Shown here: positions 15,501 to 27,500 of the stretch, piece by piece
How positions within the stretch are numbered: the stretch's first letter is position 1
Layout of the letters: every line of letters starts with the position of its first letter
Assembly (NCBI GenBank): GCA_030324005.1
Contig: JARDVH010000157.1
Coordinates: forward strand, 19,372,903-19,436,902
DNA: 64,000 nucleotides
Reading direction: 5' to 3'
Source: Negaprion brevirostris
Lineage: Eukaryota
Program-made: the position numbers and the translations under genes
Notes under the pieces: model-generated
What the model was told of the DNA's origin: nothing
The model's input: only the letters and a program-made list of their open reading frames with translations
The model's database searches: none

Positions 15501-18500
15501 NNNNNNNNNNNNNNNNNNNNNNNNNNNNNNNNNNNNNNNNNNNNNNNNNNNNCCAACTGTATTAATGCTAACAATAGCCACCTCTATGTTTCTCAACTTC
15601 TTCACTGTTTTTCTGTTATTGGACTGCTTGCCCAAAACCCAGACAGCTACAGTTTCCTTCAACAAAACATGGTGACCCAAAACCATGTCGGTGGCAACAC
15701 CACAAATTCCATATCCTTACCATTGATTCCATCCTCCCTCCCCCGCCACTACCTCTGGTTGGACTGTTTGCAGTTGTGACATCCTATTTAAACCTGAGCT
15801 GATCATTTGATCCTCATCCAAAAAACCACCTCTGCAATGTGCTTTCATCCACACCTAGCTCAAACCCTGTTACTCAAATCCTTATCCATTTCTTTGAACT
15901 ATNNNNNNNNNNGCTGTGTGCTCTTGACGAGCCTCCTACTCTCTCCCCTCTGTAAATTTACTTTGCACCAAGACTGCTCACCAATCTCTTCTGGGCCCAC
16001 TGATCTAAGCTGGCCAATGCCTCAAAATTTTCAGCCACAAGTTTAAATCCCTGCAAGACTTTTACCTGTAATCTACTACAAACCTTCCCTTTGCATCACT
16101 GCCCCTTCAACCCCAAAATCTGCTTTGACCTGGGCCTCGTGCATCTACTCACCCTCACTTTGGCTCACTTTGACAGTTGTGCTTTCAGGCACGTAGACCT
16201 AATGCCATGGAACTCCATCCCTAAACTCTTTCATCTCTCCCCCTGTTACAATCATTCCAGAAAATCCCTCTTTTTCGTTTCACGTTATCTCATCTTTTGG
16301 AATGGAGGTTAAATTGGTGGCATAGTGGGAATATCACTAAACAAGTCATCCAGAGGTCCAGATGAATGTTCTGGGGAAAATGGGTTCAAATTCCACCACG
16401 ACAGCTGGTGGAATTTAAAAATCAATTAATAAAATCTGAAATTGAAAGCCAGTTTCAGTAATGATCATGAAACTTGATTGCTGTAAAAACCCATCTGGTT
16501 CACTAATGTCCTTTAGGGAAGGAGAGCTTCCATCCTTACCTGGTCTGGCTTACACGTGTCTCCAGGTCTACAGTAATGTACTTGTCTCTTAAATGCCCTC
16601 TGGAATGGCCTATTAAACCACTCAGTTGAAGGACTGGCGCACATCTCATGAAAGAATAGGGGGGAAAAAATGACTGATTCTAGCTCTGCCCAGCACTGTG
16701 GGTTTTTTATGTTTAAGGCACCATAGAAAGGCACTTTGTTGAATCAAGGAAAAAGATTGAGTAAACTTAAGGATAAGAGGATCTCTTACTTAAGACCCTA
16801 TGAGGTGTGTAAAATTATGCTTTTTTTTATGTTGAGCTGATGGACTTTATGGTCTTGCTCAAAGCATTGATAGCTTAACATCAATTCCAGATGTTTAAAG
16901 AAAACTGATCAATTTAAAATGGCAAGTTTTGAATTACAAATAGTGTGTTTACACTTGGAGAACAGATACAAGGAATTGGAGTTTAAGGAAAACCAGATCT
17001 TTAAATGTTGAGACAAGAGTGGAGGAAGGGAAAGTGAGGGTAATCTGACAGCTCAAGTTGTCAGTGGCAAGCACTCAGAACAAATGGATATGTTTCCTGA
17101 GTATTTTCAGCCTGTCAGGTATTGCTGTCAGTGGTTTTGAATGTTTCAGGGTTTTTCTGAATGGTAACAAGTTCTACACTAATCCTATACGCTCGGACTG
17201 GAAACCAGACGATGCTTTTTAAAACCCCAGTATTCTTCTCCATTTGAAATTGAAATCTCCCAAGGGGTTTCCCCCACAACCTGCTTATCTTGGTTGTGAA
17301 CATGTTTGTGTGCTTACTGACTCAATTTCCACAATTGCAAGCAGTGCATTGAATGGGATCATGTAGGAATAAAATCTGAGAACTGCAAGTAATCCATCTC
17401 CACCAGGCTTGCCATCCTTCTGAGAGGATTCTGTGCTGATGGCCAAATGTTCACAGCAATCTCATTGCATGACCCATCACATCCTCTGTGTGCAGGTTCT
17501 GCATGCCTGGCTGCTCGTCTTCTCTTTCAGTTTCTTTTTCTAAAGTGGTAAAAGGATTGTGTTTACTTTATTTAAAGTTCTCACGTGGTTTTCTTTTCTG
17601 TTGTTCCCTGAAAGTTGTGAGGCTGAATCCCTAAGCTCCTTAGACCGGTTAGTATCCCGCCTTTCTCTTTATCCTATTCTCTCTTATGTTTGTGTCTGTG
17701 TTTGTGGCATCTCAGTATTTAAAACAACAGTAACCACGCATAATATTGTCATTTGAACTGAAGACTCTTCAAAATAATACTGAACCCAGGAAATATGTTT
17801 AAATCCATGAAATCATCTTAAGTCATATCAGACATCTTGTATGGATAGACCTCAAATTTCCCATCAATGTGGAACTATGAATAACTTACTGGGCAATTGA
17901 ACTCTGCAACAATATCTCCAGATTGCATGTATTTGTTTTTTAAAGCTGTCAGTATTTTGGTTCTTTTATCTCTTGAGAGGTTATATTGGCAAGTGCTTTT
18001 AGAGTAAATTAAGTTGGTGAGCTTTATTCATCAACAGCAACTTGTATTTATGTAGCACCTTTAACATGGTGAAATGTCCCATGGTGCTTCACAGGACGGT
18101 GGTCAAACAAAATTTGACATTAAGCAGGCATTGAGCAGATGACCAAAAACCTGACCAAACAGGTTGGTCTTAGCAGATACCTTAAAGGAAGAGAGAGACA
18201 TAACGAGCTGGGAAGGTTAGAGAGGGAATTCCATAGTTTTGGGCCTTGGAAGATGGAAGACCCCAATGGTGGAGCAATTAAAATTGGATCTGCATAAAAG
18301 GCCAGAATTGGAGATGTGCAGATAAAGTTTTGTTTTTGATGTGAATGGTTTGAATATGAGTTCAGAAGTGAAATCTTCATAATTTTGCACAGTGCCAGAA
18401 TAAATGGAAGAGCATGTAATGAGAGAGAAGTCTATCAGATTCAGAAGGATTTTGACATTACAGTTAAATTAGTAACATGGGAGAGGACTTTAAATGTGGA

Positions 18501-21500
18501 TAAGAATAAAATGAGAACAAGGATCCAAAGGGGGAAATGCTAAATGGAAGAGTGGAGCAGTGAGCTGATACAATTACAGTGACTCACTATATTAAACCAT
18601 CAGTATAGTCATTTGTTGCAGGACTAGAGGGATTTTGTAGAGGGATATTGATGTATATGGCATTAATTAGACTCCCATCTGAAATACTTGTGTTACCTGA
18701 TCATCAGAATGCTTGTGTTGCCCTTTCAGCGATCAGGGATGAATAACAAAGCTTATGTCCAGTTGATCTTGTTGAGATTTTGAAGATTGTGACTAGAACT
18801 GAATAATGTGGTACAGGGTCAGCATGGAAAACCTTCAGTATGATAAAGGATTCAAGTACTATTTGAAGAAGTAATATCAATGGGTTTAGGAACTTAGAAG
18901 GAATTGAATGATATAGCAACAACGTGAATTGTTGGACTTGATCTTTTGGGCATGGATTTATTATAATTTTTGCTTTTGACTTTCGTCCATCCATATCCCA
19001 ATGTTGTCTGCTGGATTTCAAGTTTATAAAGCTTTGTCTGTAATCCTTCAGAACTGTTTCCATTCACTCAAAATCCATTTGCCTCCCTCCTTTGTCACTG
19101 TTGCAATTTTGATTTACATTGGAAGTCATTGTCTGAAGCTCTGAATTATCCCTCTCGGCTTAAGTTGTATAATGTTATAATAATCACATTCATTTAACTT
19201 TTCTAAGTATTAATTTGTACTATTAATGTTCTTGTATACAGTTACGATCCTTTGTTCAAAAACAAAACTATTTATGATGTGTGCTTCACCTGCAAGGCTG
19301 CCTTTATTTTCCCTGAGTTGAGTTTGAACTCAACAAAAATTTTAATCTGAAATGGCTTTTTAAATATGCTGTTAAGAAATGGTGCGCAGGCCCTTAGTTA
19401 TAAGAAGTAAATTAACCATTTGAGCCTTGGAGGAAAATATTGGTAATTCTGGTCTTAAGTACTGAACGTGTTCCAATTTTGGAGACATTCTTTCCATCTT
19501 CTGTGAGAGCAACCAAAGAATAGAATTATCCTAGAAATATTACTTGTTGGTTTAGGAAGTATCAAAGCCCTTTTATCAGTAAGAAACTCTCCTCCCTCTA
19601 CCATTAATGAGTTCAGCAATTGAAAATCATGTTTCTCTTTGTCTTTAGGCTGGTGGTGAGCTCAATGGAAGTGCTGGAAAGCTGCTTTGCTGTTGGATCC
19701 TCAACTGAAAAGGTAACCTTATTTGCCTTTGTGATATGGGGGAAGGGAGAGAAAGGGTTTGCGCTCTTTACTTGCTTAGTAATTAGTGAGGAAGGGCTGT
19801 TTGCTAGAAATTTCTTTTGATTTCTCATTTTCCAAATGTTCTATTTGAGGATATGTAGAGAACGAGTTACTCAGTGTAAAATCTGAGAACATATAAATTT
19901 ACCTTTTAAATGTTTACTGACTATATCTGTCCTCTCACAGGAAAAGAATAAACAGACAGCATTGGAACTGGCCACCACATTGCTGTCAATGCCAACTCCA
20001 TCCACTGTTCAGCAGCAAACAAAGGGGCTGCTGGCGAGTCTGCACAGTAGCCGTGGCAGTTATCACAATCACAAGGTAACGTGTGCTGATTAACTGCTTT
20101 TCACACACTTATGTGGAACCAATCTGTGTTAACACTAGTGGCGTCTGCAAGGCTATGTATTTATTATGGGGCTGAGAAGTGGAAACTTCACTGCTACAGT
20201 TTCACTGGTTTTGAAGAGCACAAGCCAGATAGTGACTGAGCTACAATGTTTAATGCATTTACAGCATGCTCGGAGCAGTACCAGGCGCACTGGGCTGGTC
20301 AGAAGCTGACTTACTTTCAGATTGTTGATGGAATCAGCTAAGCTTTCATGCCAAAATCTGTTCTGGCTTTCCCATTTGATTCTTCAACTCAGCAAGAAAA
20401 TATATGCCATCATGTATAAGAGAAGATGCTGCAACAAGAGATACTTTGTTCTGCAAGTACTCTGGTGCTGTTTATAATACCAGAAAAGGATTGTGTGAAA
20501 GTGTAGCAGGCATTCAACTGGTTTGTAATGTACGAGTCACATAATTATACTATCCTCAGCAAGATGTGCTCAAATAGTTCTCTTTGTCTGATCAGGATCA
20601 AGCTCTGCTGAATAATGCTGTGCAGATTCTGAATACTTGGAACAAGGATGGTCGTGACCTTGATCCAGAAGTATTCCAGCGGCTGATAATCACAGCACGT
20701 TCCATTGCAATGATGCGACCCAATAACCTCGTGCACTTCACAGAGGTGAAAGCACCACAAACGGATAAAGGTGAGCAAATTCAGAAAATACTGGAAGTAT
20801 CCCAACAGCCTGTTGTATCAATAAAGAGAATGGATGAACATAGAACAGTACAGCACAGTACAGGCCCTTCGGCCCTCAATGTTGTGCTGAGCTATGTCCA
20901 AACCCAAGATCAAGCTATCCACTCCCTATCATTCTGGTGTGCTCCATGTACCTATCCAATAACCACTTGAAAGTTCCTAAAGACTCCGCTATCACTGCAG
21001 GCAGTACATTCCACGCCCCAATCACTGAGTAAAGAATCTAACTCGGACATCTTTCCTGTGTCTCCCACCATGAACCTTGTAGTTATGCCACCTAGTAACA
21101 GCTACATCCACCTGAAAAAATAGTCTCTGCATGTCCACTCTATCAATCCCTCTCATCATCTTATAAACCTTTATTAAGTTGCCTCTCATCCTCCTCCACT
21201 CTACAGAGAAAAGCCCCAGCTCCCTTAACCTTTCCTCATAAGACCTACCCTCCAAACCAGGCAGCATCTTGGTAAATCTCCTCTGTACGCTCTCCAGTGC
21301 TTCCACGTATTCCTTATAGTGAGGTGACCAGAACAGCACACAGTATTCTAAATGTGGTCTCACCAAGGTCCGGTATAGTTGCAGCATAACCCACAGCTCT
21401 TCAGCTCAAACCCCCTGTTCATAAGTGCTATAAGCCTTCTTCATGGCTCTATCCACTTGGGTGGCAACCTTCAGAGATCTGTGGATATGAACCCCAAGAT

Positions 21501-24500
21501 CTCTCTGTTCCTCCATGTTCCTCAGAACCCTGCCGTTGGTCCTGCAATCCACATTCAAGTTTGTCCTACCAAAATGAATCACCTCGCACTCGTCAGGGTT
21601 AAACTCCATCTGCCACTAGTGTTCTGAGTATAGGCACTGCATCAGGATTCGAATAAAACAAGATAGTATTGTAGAAGGGGAAAGACAGAAGCAGATATCA
21701 AAAACTAGAGGGGTTAAATGTCCAGCCAAATTGGTTTTGAAAAGGTGACAAGACACCAAAAGCTAATAGATCATATTCAGTCATCATTCCAGTATTTGAG
21801 CGAAAAGATAGAGGACAAAATGATACAAACTTCGCTAGAGAAGGGAAAAGTTTCTGAACACAGCACATGCATGTATCCAGACCGATGTGGATGCAGGTGC
21901 CCACACTTGTAAACACACACATGCGTGGACACACAGAACACTGAAAAAGTAAAATTTAAAAACTGAAAGTGCAGGATTAATGCTAAATAAAAATGCTAAC
22001 AATTAGGCAACATTCAACTGAGCGAAGATAGTCAACGTGCCAGTTACAGATTCCCATCAAAACTATGTCATATAAAAACAGGAGCAGAGTATTTAGTCCT
22101 ATGAGCCTGTTCCACTATTCTGTTAGGTCTCAGCTGATTTATAATTCAACTCCATTTACCCACCTTTGATCCATATCTTTTGATATCCTTGCAGAATAAA
22201 ATCTGTCTAACTCTGTTTTGAAAATTCTAACAGGCCCAACATCCAGAGGCTTGGGTTGTGAGTTTCAGGTTGTTATTACTCCCTGTATGGGAGGGAGGTG
22301 TGGAAACCAGTGATTTCACTCCAGAGTGCCCCAGATGTAGTCTAAGTACCTTAATTAGATATCTGCTTAATTGTCTAAACTCAAGGGACTATTAACCAAG
22401 TTTTTGCAACGTTTCGTCTTATTTAACCCATCAAGACCTGGTACCCTTCTGGTAAATCTGTATCCAACCCCAGGCCAGTAAATCTTTGCTGAGGTTAGCA
22501 TCCCAAAGCAGGGCTTTGTACAACTGAAGTATCGCTGCCTCCAGCCCCCGATTTGCTGATTCCCTTTTTATGCCCTGCGCTAGCTTTTGGGTGAAATTCT
22601 CGTGAACAGATTGCAGGAAGTACATTTAATGTTTGTTAGGGAGGAAATGTTTGGGGCTTTGAACAGTGCTGTAGGAAGAGGTTAAGGAATAGATTTGCAA
22701 TATGTTTGGCAGCTGACCGTTGGGCTGGGAGTATGACCAAGTTTCCTTGAAGGATAATCTATCTGGACAGGAGAATAAAAATGTGTTTAATGTGGGACTG
22801 TTATAGTTAATGGAAATGGTAGGAGTGAGGTAATTAATGTAAAGGAGGTGAAGGTAGGAGGATGTCATAGTACAATACATAATACGCTTAATCTTAGATT
22901 GTCATTGTCTTGCATTAGTTGATCTCGCCAAGTGCAAGCAGATTTTGTATGTCTCTATTCCACTGTGGACCAGTTACAAATAAGATAGTAATGCTTTGTT
23001 CATGTGTGCTCTGCCTGCTGATGTTTTCTTGACAGTTTTTGTCAGTGATGGTTTGTGAATACCTTCCACTTATAGGGATAGGTTAAGGAGACAGATCCTC
23101 AGTCTGCTGGAACAGGAATTGAACTGTTTTGTTGACACTATTCTGAGCCACATTCCAGCCATTTAGCCAACTGAGCTGACAGATAATCAGGATATTTCAG
23201 CAAGATCCAGACACTTGAATAAGCTACATTTACTATTCATCAGTTCAAATTCTTATCTTGGTTCCAGTAAAACTATATTCAAAATGAATGTTTACCATTC
23301 ATCCAGCAGCATCTGTTAACCATTCTGAATCCACAGTAGCAGGATTGCGTAATGCTGACTGTTGGTAATGAATTTTTAATCTTTACAATGATGTAATATC
23401 TGCTACTGGGTGGGTGAATAATCTGCCAAGACTGAAGTCTGGTCTTGTGTATAGATTAAACAAAAACAGATTTGATAAATCACTTTCAGCAGAGAAGTGT
23501 TCCTTATACTGACTGAAGGTTACCATGCATGGGGAGTTAAACAATCAGCATTGTGCTGATTGTGCTGTTAGAGCATTGCATCTTGTTGGAGTGCTGGGCA
23601 GTTAATCTGAGTATTTGTATGTGAATATTAGTGCAGATCAAGACAAATGACAGGGTTTCATGTGAACATTTTCAACCAATAGCTGAATACACTTCACAGT
23701 GGTTATTTTGTTGGACTTGTGATGCCAGAAGCCCGGACTAATAATCTAGAGACATGAGTTCACATTCCGCCATGGTATTCTGTAATTTGAACTGATTTTT
23801 AAAAATCTTAAAATAAAAGGCTAATATCAGTTTTGGTAACCACGAAGCTACTGGATTGATGTAAACATTCAACTGGTTCACAAACGCTGACCTTTATGTG
23901 GCTCCAAAGCAACTGGATGAAACTTAACTCCCTTCTGAAATGATCTAACAAGCCACTCTGTTGTAGCACACAGCTACAAAGAAGTATGATAAAACATAAA
24001 TTGCCTACCTGACAGCACCGTGGGAGCATACTCACTACAACAACTTCAGCGACTCAAGAATGCAGCTCACCGCCGCTTTCTCAAGGGCAATGAGAGCTGC
24101 ACAATAAATGCTGCCTTTGTTAGTTATGGCCACAACCTTTGAAGAAACAAAAATAGGGTGAGGCAGATACTCTGGAGTACCAGATTTAAAACCTGTTGTA
24201 TTCTACCTAAAGCCAATTATCCTTTATCCTTTCTTTAGAAGGAGCAGATGAAAGAGATCAAACCCACAGGAATGCAGAAGTTGAAGGTTGCAGTTTTATT
24301 ATGCAATTAGTCACTCATTTCTGGAGGCTCCATGCTTCCAAACCTAAGAATGCATTCCTGGCTCCTGCCTGCTTGCCTGGTAAGACAAACAATTAACAGA
24401 ATGACTACATGTTTATTTAGTGCATCAGTAAAGTAACACGCAATAATTTGGACAAAATATAACGAAGTAAGATCCTAGCCACCAATCAAATATAAGTTTT

Positions 24501-27500
24501 AAAACTGGAGCCAGAATTCTAACAGAACATAGTTGTCTATGCTGTTTTTGTGAAAGCAACATAAATGGTTCACATTGTCTAAATGATAAGAATACTATTT
24601 AAGATTGTTTTGATTTGTAAGTAGTGACAAAAAGATATCAGATATTTTCTCAGGAAAATAAATATTGTGATTAGCCTTTTTACAGTGTGAGTGCTGAGTG
24701 TTAGCAACATAGAGAAGTAACTTTTCAAATACCTACAATAACAAAATGTTCCAAGGAACATCTTAAAGCAATTTTTTTCAATAAATATCTATTCTGTACC
24801 TCACTGCTTCATCTGCTTTACTTGTGCTGATGATTGTTAAAAAAGATTTAGTTGAAGAAAATATCCTTCAGTAATGTTTTTACTGGGTCTTCAATCTTCT
24901 GTACAGGTCTGACTCACATTGAGGCAACAGTGAATGCGCTAATTGACATTATTCATGGATATTGTACCTGTGAGCTGGACTACATTAACGCTGCTGCAAA
25001 AGTTTATATGCAGATGCTGCTATGTCCCGTAAGTCCCTCTGTTTTAACAGATTTTTTTATTGTGATCAATGTTATAACTACATTTTGTGACCAATGAACA
25101 ACATTTTTAATATTGTTAAGGAATGAGAGTCAGCGTGCATATATACACTAGTGTTATGCAGTTGTGAAATGGTTTTTATATTGATGCTAGTTCCCTTTGT
25201 GAAGGGGCAGTATCTGTGTCTTCACTTGGCACTTGCTTGTGTTTGGATCTCAATAATTCTGAGTTGTTTTTTCCTCAGGACCAGTCAGTGAGTTTTGCCT
25301 GTAAACAGGCACTAATTCGTGTATTGAGACCACGGAGCAAGCGTAGACATGTCACACTGCCATCTCCTCCTCGCAGCAACACCCCAATGGGTAAGGAACA
25401 AGAGATCTGAACAATGCCCAACAAAATGCAGTGATGCATTGTATCTTGAAATGTCTGGTTACAAACACTGTTAATGTTCACAAAAACGATGGATATACCG
25501 ATTCCCTTTTACAAGCTTTGAAATCTGTACAAAGTTGTACTGTTTAAAGGACAAAAATTACACCCTTTGTGATAATTAAAAATGTATTTTTCACCTCGTG
25601 TCTTCCCTGCCTGAATAAAGGCAGTGGAGAACTATGCTTACAATCATCATTACATAAAACTTTGAATCAATCACTGTTAGGAGTAGGAATTCTAATGCGT
25701 TGTGTATATTTTGTACCAGGATATTGTCATATTGATATATACATCAATGTGTAAAAATTGCCCAGGACACCAGCGAATTTCAGTGTACATGCATTGCACA
25801 CTTGAGGTTTCCCTGTTCGCATGATTTTGCATTGAAGTGTAAATGTTACTTGAACTCAAGCCCATACTGATTCCAAGTCAGTGACCACAGAACATTAAAC
25901 AAAAAAAAGAAAATGTTGGAAAATCTCAGGTCTGGCAACATCTGTAAGGAGAGAAAAGAGTTGACATTTTAAGCCCAGATGACCCTTTGTCAAACTTTGA
26001 TGCTGCCAGGCCTGCTGAGATTTTCTAGCATTTTCTCACTTGGTTTCAAATTCCAGCATGCGCAGTAATTTGCTTTTATCCAGTTTTTTTACCACAGAAC
26101 ATTAGTTTGCAGTACAAATGATTTTAGTCTAAAGATCTGTCTCCATTTGTTTTTCAGGTGATAAAGATGATGATGATGATGATGCTGAGGATAAAATGCA
26201 ACCATCGGGAATGGCAGGCAATGAAAATATCCGTCAAGAGAGTCAGGAACAAAGTGAAGTGGATCATGGAGACTTTGAGATGGTGGTAAGCACTTTGTAA
26301 AGATCTGCAATGTCTTGTTGTGGAGCCTTTTACCTCGGATGGTGATGGCTAACACAAGGGGACATAGCTTTAAATTAAGGGGTGGTTATAGGACGGATGT
26401 CAGAGGTAGGTCCTTTACTCAGAGGGTAGTAAGGTCGTGGAATGCCCTGCCTGCAGCTGTTGTGGACTCGCCAACTTTAAGGGCGTTCAAATGGTCAGTG
26501 GATAGGCATATGGNNNNNNNNNNNNNNNNNNNNNNNNNNNNNNNNNNNNNNNNNNNNNNNNNNNNNNNNNNNNNNNNNNNNNNNNNNNNNNNNNNNNNNN
26601 NNNNNNNNNNNNNATTGGTTCCACTGGTCGGCGCAACATCGAGGGCCGAAGGGCCTGTACTGCGCTGTAATGTTCTATGTTCTAAAAGATGAGAAGAAAA
26701 GGATAGATGTAGTTAGAGTTAACTCATAGAAACTTTTCATTGAATGGGGATTGAACAGGGATGGGGGAAGCTAAAATCACTTTACTACATCACACCTGTA
26801 ATACCGTCATCATAATACATGTTACTGCAGTTCCTAGTTAGTGAAACTGAAGATGAGTTAAGTAGCCAAACTGTAAAATGTACTGATGAGTTTTGATCAG
26901 CAGCAGTTTTAGTAAAGTTTGCATTTGTAAATCTCCTGCTGCTTTTTTTTGATCTGCTTATGACATCATTTTCCCGTCTTTCCCAGTCGGAATCAATGGT
27001 TTTGGAGTCGGCTGAAAATGTAACAAATGGAAACCCTTCTCCTCTGGAGGCACTGCTGGCGGGAGCAGAGGGCTTCCCACCAATGTTGGACATCCCTCCA
27101 GATGCAGATGATGAGACGATGGTGGAACTGGCCATAGCCCTTAGCCTGCAGCAAGATCAGCAAGGTACAGTACAATGTTTCTGATTCATCCAGATCTGCA
27201 GCATTATGAATTAGGGAGCAATGGGATACTTGGGATCTGCACAGACAATTTTTGCTGACTTGCAAAGAACTGAACAGAATGAAGAAAGATTCCTAAAATC
27301 CTTTTCTTTAATAGTTTTTACAAAAAAATTCAGAGTGTTAGAAGCCAAAACAAGAAAAATGAGAAAAGCTCCCTCAGCTCATCCGTCTTGTTTAAAACCT
27401 GGATTCAGACAGAAAATACACAGAAGGCCTGTGAGAGAGAACAGATAGGTTAATGTTTCAGATGGTGACACTTTGTCAGAGCCAGGCAGCTCAGATTCAG

